From assembly GCA_030295235.1 (NCBI GenBank), contig AP026132.1, positions 1,240,001 through 1,304,000 on the forward strand: a stretch of 64,000 nt of DNA. Direction: 5' to 3'. This stretch comes from Fistulifera solaris. Its lineage: Eukaryota. The position numbers and the translations under genes are program-made. This document shows positions 46,186-56,899 of the stretch, piece by piece. Positions within the stretch are counted from its first letter, which is position 1, and each line of letters begins with the position of its first letter. The notes below the pieces were generated by a model. That model searched no databases and was not told the DNA's origin. It saw only the letters and a program-made list of their open reading frames with translations.

Positions 46186-48136
46186 TCAATGATGATTCTG
46201 AACTACTTGTCAAGAGTTTCTTTGATTTTCACGTCGAAAATTCCGAGGATCGACACCTTGAAATTCCACTATGGAACGGAGTGTTAGTGTTAGTTTACGC
46301 CAGCCAAGACTCCATTGTACAGTAGTCATGAACCGATCACCGAACAACAAAGGGTTCCGTTTGGCGTTTCTCGCATCCGTCCATTGTCATTCAACTGCGA
46401 ATATATTTATAATTACGGGTGAATAAAGTCGCATCAATGATGATTCTGAACTACTTGTCAAGAGTTTCTTTGATTTTCACGTCGAAAATTCCCAGGATCG
46501 ACACCTTGAAATTCCACTATGGAACGGAGTGTTAGTGTTAGTTTACGCCAGCCAAGACTCCATTGTACAGTAGTCATGAACCGATCACCGAACAACAAAG
46601 GGTTCCGTTTGGTGTTTCTCGCATCCGTCCATTGTCATTCAACTGCGAATATATTTTTATTTATATTTATAATTACGGGTGAATAAAGTCGCATCAATGA
46701 TGATTCTGAACTACTTGTCAAGAGTTTCTTTGATTTTCACGTCGAAAATTCCGAGGATCGACACCTTGAAATTCCACTATGGAACGGAGTGTTAGTGTTA
46801 GTTTACGCCAGCCAAGACTCCATTGTACAGTAGTCATGAACCGATCACCGAACAACAAAGGGTTCCGTTTGGTGTTTCTCGCATCCGTCCATTGTCATTC
46901 AACTGCGAATATATTTTTATTTATATTTATAATTACGGGTGAATAAAGTCGCATCAATGATGATTCTGAACTACTTGTCAAGAGTTTCTTTGATTTTCAC
47001 GTCGAAAATTCCGAGGATCGACACCTTGAAATTCCACTATGGAACGGAGTGTTAGTGTTAGTTTACGCCAGCCAAGACTCCATTGTACAGTAGTCATGAA
47101 CCGATCACCGAACAACAAAGGGTTCCGTTTGGCGTCTCCCGCATCCGTCCATTGTCATTCAACTGCGAATATATTTATAATTACGGGTGAATAAAGTCGC
47201 ATCAATGATGATTCTGAACTACTTGTCAAGAGTTTCTTTGATTTTCACGTCGAAAATTCCGAGGATCGACACCTTGAAATTCCACTATGGAACGGAGTGT
47301 TAGTGTTAGTTTACGCCAGCCAAGACTCCATTGTACAGTAGTCATGAACCGATCACCGAACAACAAAGGGTTCCGTTTGGCGTCTCCCGCATCCGTCCAT
47401 TGTCATTCAACTGCGAATATATTTATAATTACGGTGAATAAAGTCGCATCAATGATGATTCTGAACTGCTTGTTAAGAGTTTCTTTGATTTTCACGTCGG
47501 AAATTCCGAGGATCGACACCTTGAAATTCCACTATGGAACGGAGTGTTAGTGTTAGTTTACGCCAGCCAAGACTCCATTGTACAGTAGTCATGAACCGAT
47601 CACCGAACAACAAAGGGTTCCGTTTGGCGTCTCCCGCATCCGTCCATTGTCATTCAACTGCGAATATATTTATAATTACGGTGAATAAAGTCGCATCAAT
47701 GATGATTCTGAACTGCTTGTTAAGAGTTTCTTTGATTTTCACGTCGGAAATTCCGAGGATCGACACCTTGAAATTCCACTATGGAACGGAGTGTTAGTGT
47801 TAGTTTACGCCAGCCAAGACTCCATTGTACAGTAGTCATGAACCGATCACCGAACAACAAAGGGTTCCGTTTGGCGTCTCCCGCATCCGTCCATTGTCAT
47901 TCAACTGCGAATATATTTATAATTACGGTGAATAAAGTCGCATCAATGATGATTCTGAACTGCTTGTTAAGAGTTTCTTTGATTTTCACGTCGGAAATTC
48001 CGAGGATCGACACCTTGAATTTTCACTACGGAACGGAGTGTTAGTTTACGCCAGCCAAGACTGCATTGTACAGTAGTCATGAACCGATCACCGAACAACA
48101 AAGGGTTCCGTTTGGCGTCTCTCGCATCCGTCCATT
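46186..48136. repeat. Tandem satellite array, 247-260-bp unit, about 7.8 near-identical copies
   Basis: Units begin TCAATGATGATTCTGAACT at 46186, 46434, 46694, 46954, 47202, 47449, 47696 and 47943. Confidence 0.97.
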
Positions 48137-48434
48137 TTTATTATCAAGACTATTATTTTTCCTCGATACTGTACCTCGTACTTCTCTTAGACCTTGTCGA
48201 GTCAAAAAGCGTGAACTGGATCGACGTTAAACAACTAATATCTCTGCACGCTTGATCGGTAAGCATTTCTTTTTGTTACCAGATACCAGCTGAAAACAAT
48301 GGTTAGGCAACAATCTACTCCGGCTGACTCGTCATTCCTGACCATCGGTCTTTGACACGTTTAAGCTACACTTCGGCAAAGCTTAATTGCCGCCAAACAA
48401 AACTAGAGCTATTTGATAATAGATAATTATTAAA

Positions 48435-49600
48435 TTACTCATCCCCCAAGGTCGCACCTCCCATACGAGCCATGGGGTCCGTAGGAGTCGCTGTTACACT
48501 ACCACTGCTTCTAGCTTCCTCCCGACTCGACGGGGCCATTGGGACGAGAACCACATGACGGAAATCGATTTCGGATTCTTTTTGCATCAATTCTACCAAA
48601 TCGTGCAAGGACATCAAGTTGATGGCGGGTTCGGTTCCTTGCACTTCCGCCGGAGCTTGACTCATGAATTGTTGCCACGTGGAGACCATGTTTTGCAAGG
48701 AAAAGTACATGGGCAACAGTGTCAAAGGTTCTCCGGTGGTCGCGTCCTTTTCATCGGTCTTTTGCATGCGCATCTGGGCAATGGTAAAGACAGGGATTTC
48801 ATTGTAACTTTCTTTGAATTTGGGAGACTCAGTCATGGCTTTTTTGAACTGCAGCTTGTGCCATTTCGGGTGTCATGCTGCCACTTTCTTTAAGTTTTTC
48901 ACCGTCTTCTGGGGACATGGTCAATAACATGCGTGCACCCAAGAGATCACGTGAATCCGGAACGAGGCGATATTGGACGGTGTTCGAGGAAGCGTCAACG
49001 GCATCCTCGCTTTTGCCTTGCTTTTGCAGCAGATCGAAGTAAATTTTTCCCAAAGAAAAAGCGGATACCTTCAAATCCATTTCAGCATTCGATGCTTGCA
49101 GCTGTCCCAAGGTAGCATTCGCTTGTAGAGGATTGAGGAAGAAATAAAAGACGCTCGAATCGTTTTCGGGTTTGAGGACAACACCCGCTCCGGTCTGATC
49201 TGTGACGGCAAAAACGGGAATGTGCTCCATCCACTCCTCAATTTCCTGTTGTGACATGGGCGGATAAGTAGACTGGCCTCCTGCGTTGCTGCTGTTTCGA
49301 ATTCGATGAGTAGATTGTGAGAAAACGAAGGGATCATGAAGAAAGGATTGCGAGACACTTTAAGGTATCAACATCTGGAACTAGTCAAAATCGTAAATTT
49401 TAGACTCACCTGACTGATTTCGAAGCTTCCTCATCTTTCTTGTTATTGTTGTTGAATAAACCGCCTCCACGGGGCACCGAACGAGCCACTAGAGCCGGAC
49501 GATGATTCCATCCGTTATTGTGACGACTCGTCGCAAACGACAACGAACTCACGAGGAATAAAAGAACAGCAATACAGCGATTCATCATTGGATTAAACAT
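48435..49600 (-). CDS. TIC22: Tic22-family plastid import chaperone; intron 49292-49409; frameshift in T-run ~48840-48846
   Basis: Signal peptide and two Tic22 half-repeats: EWMEHIPVFAVTDQTG..YFFL..SLGKIY..YRLVPD and IPVF..PMYFSLQNM..INLMSLHDLV..VLVP. Confidence 0.75.
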
Positions 49601-49953
49601 GTTGATAGCAGATGATAATTGACGAAGAATAAATAATGAATAGATTGAAAGGCATCAACAACAACAAATCCATTGTTTTGTGAAACGTTTCGAGAAAAAA
49701 AGAGGTGTTCGGTGGGGAAAGACATTTTTTGCGAATGCGGCATACGGAGAGACTGTAAGTGGTACATTCTCTACAGCAATAAGATTCCAACACGTGGAAC
49801 AAACGTCACAGAGATCTTTCATTCGTGAATGAGTCAATCCTGAATGGAATGAATGCCTTAGCATCTTTATCTTCTAGAGCCTAGACCTAGCTCAATGAAA
49901 GTCAATACGCGGCAATCACAGTAGAAACCAGATAATCTTCTCTTACAACAAAT

Positions 49954-51305
49954 TTACTTTTTACGGGCCAAGAAGAAGTAAGAAGGCGTAAAGATTTCTT
50001 GTTTGCCTCCATCGACCAAGTCAATGGCCGTAGCGTTCAACAAGGCACTGACACGGACCGTTCCCTTCGGAGCAATCCACAAGAGCTCCAACGTCGACAC
50101 GACGGCATGTGTGATCATACGTCCGAGACGAGTCATGCGGAATCCACTCAACGAATACTTGCCGTTCAAAGTATCGTACCAGGGGATTTGGTGAGGACTG
50201 TGCACATTCGCGTTAGCATCAAAAGCTTCCAAGACTTCAAACCCAGAATCCTTGAGTGCTTGCTGGACTTGTTCGGCGGTAGCGAGAGTAGGTAATCCGT
50301 TTCCAACTTCAATGCCTTCCTTGATACGAAGATGGTCCTTGTTGTTAGGGTCGAATCCCTTTTCAGGGAGCACGACCCACTCATAACTCGACAAAGAGAC
50401 CTCCCTTTTTCAAGAGCTGATTGACCCCGGAGAAGCACTGAACACGATCCGGACTGTGGCAAGTAGCTTCAATGGCAAAGGCCACGTCGAACTGTCCGGC
50501 CGGCAACAATTCAGGAAGTTTTTGAAAGTCTCCTTGAATAAGACGGCACTTATCGGCAATGCCTTGTTCTTGGCAGTACTTGTTTCCTACTTTGACTTGG
50601 TACTCGTTGATAGTGACACCGGTAATATCACTGTTGGTGAAATGCTGAATGTTACGCATGGGTCCACCGACACCGCATCCGACATCGACGGCCTTGGTGT
50701 TCGGTCCCATACCAGCTCGCAACGCCAAATAATGTTCCGCACGCTTGATCGACTCCATGAAGGTCTCTCCCTTGACACGAGGAGCAAAGTGGAATGACTG
50801 TGTGTTGAAAAGGAGCGGTTTATGGAGATGAAATAGAATGTAAGAGAAGAGGAAAAAGACACGACAGGTTCTTGTTGCAAGAACAACTCCTTTCTCTTCA
50901 GTCTTCCCCACAGTTTCACACTCACACGCATATACACACACTTCAACGCACCTGTCCCCATCCCCATTCATAAAAGTCCGTAACAAGGTCATAAAAGTTG
51001 TTAATCATCGTCTTGTATTCTTTCTCACGTTTCTGAATGCTCGCTTGATCGTGAAGACTTCCTACATTTTTGCGCGCTCCCGTAAACAAGTCATCATAAT
51101 CATCCATGCTATTCTTGACTTGATTGCGCTTCAAAACACTGTCCTTATTTTGCAACAAAGTGGCCGATCCAGAAAAGCATGTCTTGTAAAGGAGTGTGAC
51201 CGCGACCGTCGCTCCTCCAGCGAGTAGCAACGGCGTGCTGTGTTCGCCGGCGGCTGCCGTGATCTTGTCGATGAATTGCGTCAATTTCTCGTTGTTGCGC
51301 GTCAT
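49954..51305 (-). CDS. SMT1: Sterol C24-methyltransferase; intron 50798-50951; frameshift ~50388
   Basis: FYDLVTDFYEWGWGQ|SFHFAP, VDVGCGVGGP, AIEATCHSP, YEW, IEVGNGLP and IFTPSYFFLARK. Confidence 0.92.
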
Positions 51306-51911
51306 TCTTTGTGCGAGAGTTGTGTCTAATCTGCACACAAGTTCTCCTTTGCAATGCCAAGCAAAACGAATGTGCAAGATGCAAAAGGCTGCGAGGAAAA
51401 AACTCTTTTCTTTGTTTCATCGTCGTCGTCGGTTTTCACTGTGCGTTTAAGTGTAGTTGCGTCTGCGGTGGACCTGGATCGGCGGCGGAAACAAAACCAA
51501 TGCCGTTCCTGGAGGTTTCGTGCGATGACTACTCAAAACAGTACAACGTCATTTTCGTCAACCAACCGTTGATTACCGCTTAGTCTAAGTAACATTTTCC
51601 GTTGATGAGGTGGAAGGAATGGATGGATTGCGTGAATCTTGGTGGACTATTGGTGAACATGTAGAACACGTCACTACTATACAAACAGTAAGTGCCCTTT
51701 TCTCCCCCCACATTTACATCAACATTCGCATTCATCACAACATTCGTTCGAGAGGTGTGCGAGCTCGTCAACATTCTCTTTTTTCTTCAAACCTACCAGT
51801 ACCTGGTACCTTCTCATTCAAACCATTACAAGGTACTCTTTATTACAACAACAAACGCTATCTTACGCAATGTGTCCTCCGGAACTCAAGCAACGACATA
51901 TTGCCAAGACT

Positions 51912-53275
51912 ATGACATCGCAAAACCATGAAAGTGCGAATCCTTTTCCTTCATCATCATCAACAACAACTACAACTCCTCTTACAACAACCGCCTCACG
52001 TCCGCGAAAGACATTACAAGATCGCAAACGAATCCCCTTTAGTATTTATTTGACAGTCATTGTGTGTTTCTTGTTGCAATTTGCGGCGGGTGTGTGGAAT
52101 GCATCGACTTTAAGTCTCTGGAAAGGCAGTATGTGCACTGCCTGGGAAACGTTTCTACACCATGTTTACTATTTAGGACAGCCGCCGTCGTCGACAACGA
52201 CTCCTTCAACACAACGAGAATACGCACAAACGGTTGTATTGGCATTCTTGACTTTATCGGTCGCTTACGTCTTTTTCTTGGCCCCTTTGAAAGCAGGATT
52301 GTGGACGGGCCAACGAGCGAAACGACATTTCGTGCATCGTTACGGAGGTTTGACGTATATGCTGCAATATGCGGCAGCGTGGCTGGAGTTTGGGTCGAAA
52401 TACAACCCGTCTTCGAATATTACTCATTTCATTAGTATCAATGGTGCGTACGAAGTAGATCAGTCCTCGTCTCGTGCAAAGCGAGCTCTTTGTCCTCATA
52501 TTCATTCTTTCCATCACACAGGACTCGTGCAAGGCATTAGTGCTTTCGTTTCCTTCAAAGTATTGCCAGAATTGGAAGACGCTGGATATATTTCTGATAA
52601 AGCGGTGTTGAGTCGCAACTTTGTGCACGAGAACATCTTCTTTACTCTCATGGTGTACTTTGGTTCGATCTACTATCAACCCTCGTATCGTGCGCAATTG
52701 CAGTCAAGCACATTGGGGCGTGTCTTGGAAGCGCTCTTTGTTTTTTGGCCCTATGTGCTCATTCGGATATGGTTCCCCATTACGCGTTTCCGTAATGCAG
52801 GAACGACACACAATGGCCGTACGAAACTCAATCAAACCTTTTATGAGATATCCACAGTTCTCATTAAAATCTTCTTTCTCTGGGCCAAGTACTTTCTTGG
52901 ATTCTACATCAACTTCTTGGTGTATCTGGATCTCTTGTCGCCGCAACAATGGCAATTTGTGCACGGGCTCTATTTGTTAAATGCGGGGACCGTCAGTTTG
53001 GCGGTCTTTTGCACACCATGCGCTTCAAGAAAGTGCTGCCGCCCAAAGTTACCATGTCGATTTATTTGTTGCAGATTTATTTGACGTTCGTGGCCATTCC
53101 CATGGCGTATCCCATCTTTGTGGAACACTTGCCCTTGTGCGGATTGACGCTGGCTGGATTGCTATGCAACATGACGCGCAGTCGAGCTGTACATGCGATG
53201 TGGTGTGGGGCCACCATGCTACTGCTATGTCGACGAGATTATTCACAATACTTGGGACAACCCATTGAATGGTAA
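51912..53275 (+). CDS. Multi-pass membrane protein of unknown function; in-frame intron 52444-52521; frameshift ~53007-53010
   Basis: Many hydrophobic segments. Removing the GT-AG intron joins ING|LVQG. The frames join as VFLHTMRFKKVLPP. Confidence 0.7.
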
Positions 53276-53363
53276 AAAAGTATTGGACATGTTAACGACC
53301 CAAATACTAGACTAAGAAGGAAAATACAGCCAGAATATTATAATGTAACACGCACACTTCTCT

Positions 53364-54434
53364 CTACAAAATGACACACACGCATTTGTATTCTGTCACT
53401 TCAAATATAGGATCCGTTTTGGTGACGGTGCGTATTTTCTGCGACGGAGGAGCCGGAACCGCTTTCTTTCACAACTCGTTGCACGGGCATCGGCGGTGCT
53501 GATTCGGTGACGACGGGCGCTTCGGAAGGGGGTTCCTCGTCCTCTTTCTCTCCCGTCAATGAAATGCCGGTCGGTTTTAGTTTCGCCTTGGCAAAGGTAG
53601 GCGGAGAAGCTGGCGACGTCGGTGACAGGGGCGTTTCGTCGGCTTTTCGCAATTGCGCTTGTTGAAAGGCTGGTGGACGTGAGGGTACGTCCTTTTGTCA
53701 GAGTAATCTCTCGCTTTGGCTATCGGCTCTTCGGGCTTTTTCGAAAACCATGCTTTCTTTTTCGGTTCGGTCGGTGCATTGTCTCCTGCCGTGGTAGTCG
53801 CTGTAGCACTTGGTTTGACTTGGACGGGTTTCGGTGGGGGAGGTGCTAAAGGTTCCGATGCAATGGGTCGCATCTTCATTTCAGAAGGCGATGCAGTTTC
53901 TTCTTGAGACGCTCCACCATGTAGTCGATTGTGTCGACGCGCAGCCATAAGAGCGACCTGTTCTGCTAAGGTCGACGTCGGGGCATTCAATGGCTTTGAT
54001 TGCGAAGGCAAGACATCTTCGATATGTTTTCGAACGGGCTCTTCTGCGGGCAAGTCGCCACCTACACGGGCATTCCGCTTAGCCGCCATGGCAAGAATCT
54101 CATTGTTGAGTGATGCGTTCCCACCGCCACCCATCAATGGATGCGGAGGACGAGACGCTCGTGCACTATTTTCGTTACTATCACCGTCAACGACTGCTAG
54201 TTGTTTCGAAGGTCGAGGATCCTCCGTCGGATTTTCTATTCGCTTTTGTTCCATCTTCTTGGCTGCTTCTGCTAACATGCTTTTAGCGCCGGCACCTCCG
54301 AAAAGAGGATGCGGAGGTCGTCCTAGAGACGTAGCAACCAAAGATTGATGTGAAAGTGACAGGTCATAGTGAGAAAAGGCTACGAAAAAGGCACTTTTAC
54401 GGCAAAGCAAGCAGTTTAACTAACCTTCTGCCAT
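53364..54434 (-). CDS. Pro-rich protein with WH2-like repeats and a C-terminal CaaX box (CVIL); 10-nt first exon, intron 54323-54424; two compensating frameshifts (~53695, ~53464)
   Basis: MAEG|RPPHPLFGG and RPPHPLMGG repeats, PPAFQQAQLRKA and PPTFAKAKLKPTG, ending EYKCVCVIL* (stop 53364-53366). Confidence 0.65.
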
Positions 54435-55108
54435 GATGAAGCAGTCTATTTCGCGATTTTATAGAGTAATGAAGAATAAATGCGGTGAGAATGGTTGAAT
54501 GACCGTACTACTGGTAGGTATTGGCATAAACAAAGAAAAAAGATCCTTGAAAGTTTGCAAGAGACATGGCAAGACTGGAAAAGTCATTTTGGCATCCGAT
54601 TGAAGTTCGTTAAGGATAAAGCTAGCAAGGAAGCAAGAAACGTTGGGTGACCATACGGTATTCAAAGCTCTAAGAGTCAATGTTTAACGGCATATCAAAC
54701 CGTAAACCTTGTTTGCTTGTTATTTATCGGGTGCCTTATGAATTTTACTTAGTGCAAGAGACATTGCTTTTCTCCACCTCATTGACAAAAACGTTATTCT
54801 ACGGCAACACAACTTTCATCGTTGGCTTTTCTTTAACGCTAACCGCCAATTTAACTTCTTCATCGCGTCCTTTCTTAGCGAAACACGAACGATAACGCCT
54901 CGATGATAGGAAGTTGGTCGCCGGTCAATCTTGGTTTCAAACCGTCTTCAAAATTCAGCGACAGATTTTTCAAAGGCAATCAGCGACAACTGCATTATGA
55001 GAGATGCCTTTCCTCTTCCTCTGTTCCCACAAATTTTCGCAGCATCAATCCGAACAGAACGAAAAACGGAATAACTCTTTCACATCGATCATCAAACGCT
55101 AAATCAAA

Positions 55109-56663
55109 ATGGGAGAAACTGTCTGGCACAAGATTCAGTATGTCTACTCGACATGCTTGTTGATTTTCTCTTCCGTCATCGTCATGGCGCTCATCTTTAG
55201 TGAGAACACGAAAGTGGCTGCTGACGTTCATCCTGCCTTTGCCTTCGTCTTGATTTGGGTCGCTTTGCTCTGGCTTTCGATGGTGGAAGGAGGACAGGCT
55301 TCTCTTGTCGGTCTTCCTCCAATCGACCGTGATCTTTACAAGGAGTCTCATCCTATCACTCATCAGATTTGTGAGATCGCTCATAAAGGAGACAACTTGA
55401 ACCGTTACCTTATGGGTCGTCAGTTCATGGTATTGGCGTTAGTCTTCACTACGAACATGTGCGGAGGTCCTCTTGAAAATGCTGACGTTCTTGGCCTTCC
55501 CAGCATCGTCAACAAAATCTTCCTCGACTCGGGTATGGCTATGTTCTTTATGGCCGCCATGATTGGTCAGCTCGCGGCTCAAGTCAACGCCTCGCGCTGC
55601 ATGCTTGATTACATCAACACCCACTTCATGACCTTCACTCTCTACGTGGCTAACGCAATCGAGGCCTCTGGTTTGCTGCATGCTTCCTACTTGATTCAGA
55701 GTATCTTTGGCTTGCTTGGCAGTCCTACCGAGTCGTTTGAACCCCCTCGCACGGGAATGACTCTTGTTTTGCACTGGGCTCGTGTGGCCATGTCTGTTGG
55801 GATTCTTGCCTTCGCCTTTGCTGTGACTCTGTCGGCTCTGTTCCAGGGAAAGACGACCATGTGGGAAAGTGTGCCTGGTTTTGCTGCGGTAATCCTCTTC
55901 TTTGTATTCATGAGCATTGTTGGTATGCTTGAGGGTATGCAGATTGCTTTCTTTGCGGTTGCCAAAATGACTCCAGAGGAGCGCGCTACTCGTCCCTGGG
56001 CCAAGCGCACATGTGATTTGCTGTTTGGCGGATCGGGTCGCAACTTGCCCGGGTTCATGGTGGGACGTCAGATGTGTGTCACCCTTTGCTTCTTCATCGT
56101 TGCCCGTGTCACCACTGTCAAGTTGGAGGACGGAGAAACGAACATCTTTGGTGTCTCCAACCAGTTGCAAGAGTTCTTCAACACAGGTTTGCTTGGGGCC
56201 ATCATCACGACCATCGTCGGCTCTATCACTTGGCAGTTGGCTGCTTCTGCTTTCCCTCTTGCCTTCTTGTCGACTCCCATCACTTACATTTTGCTTCGCA
56301 TCTGTTTGTTACTTGAGGCTACTGGTCTCTGCTCCGGATCGTGGGTCATCGCCAAGATTCATAAAGCTTTTGCTCACTTCAAGTTTGATGAGGTCTACGT
56401 CGGAACTGCCGAGGAACGTGCTGCCAAGAAACACAAAGATGGTGACTACAATGTCAAGCCCGGTCACATGTACCCCGGAGTCCCTGTCATGCCCCCCTAC
56501 CACGGAGTACAAATTCACCTTGGACGAAATTGACACGCTTCAAGCTGAGCTCAAAGAGCATAAAGAGGAAATTGAGGAACGCATTCGTCAGTTGGAGAAT
56601 CAGCGTTTGCGTTTGACAAGTGGCGCTCGTCCTGAACAGAAGGATACGACTGATCATGTCTAA
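55109..56663 (+). CDS. SIT: Diatom silicon (silicic acid) transporter; frameshift in C6 run ~56492-56497 before the coiled-coil tail
   Basis: Four GxQ motifs (EGGQ, GRQ, EGMQ, GRQ), CMLD, GQLAAQVNAS, about 10 TM segments, DEVYVGTAEER, and a C-terminal coiled coil in the +1 frame. Confidence 0.97.
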
Positions 56664-56899
56664 GGGTAGAAGATTTCAGTTTTGAGCTCTTCCCAGGAGA
56701 TTGGAAGGCCTCGAATAGCACCGTAACGTAACCATTTATGTAACTTTGTGAGTTTCACTTGCATCTATGCTGTTTTCGAGAGTTGATTGTCGACGAAGAT
56801 GTCATTATCACGCGTTTTTGCTTGTGCTATTATTAATACACCGAAGCGGTTTACGAAATATGTAATTTTTTTGACCGCTCCTTAATTTAGTTTGACTTT

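Noticed and set aside
46186..48136. Repeated 87-aa ORFs and a possible C/D snoRNA (ATGATGA..CTGA) or 5S/snRNA array
   Set aside because: The ORFs are by-products of the tandem unit and are absent from several units. The C and D boxes are only 2 nt apart, and I recognise no 5S or U-snRNA sequence.
55109..56663. Functional clustering of SIT with the RRxL peptide family as a silicification locus
   Set aside because: They are more than 35 kb apart with many unrelated housekeeping genes between them. Proximity alone is not evidence.
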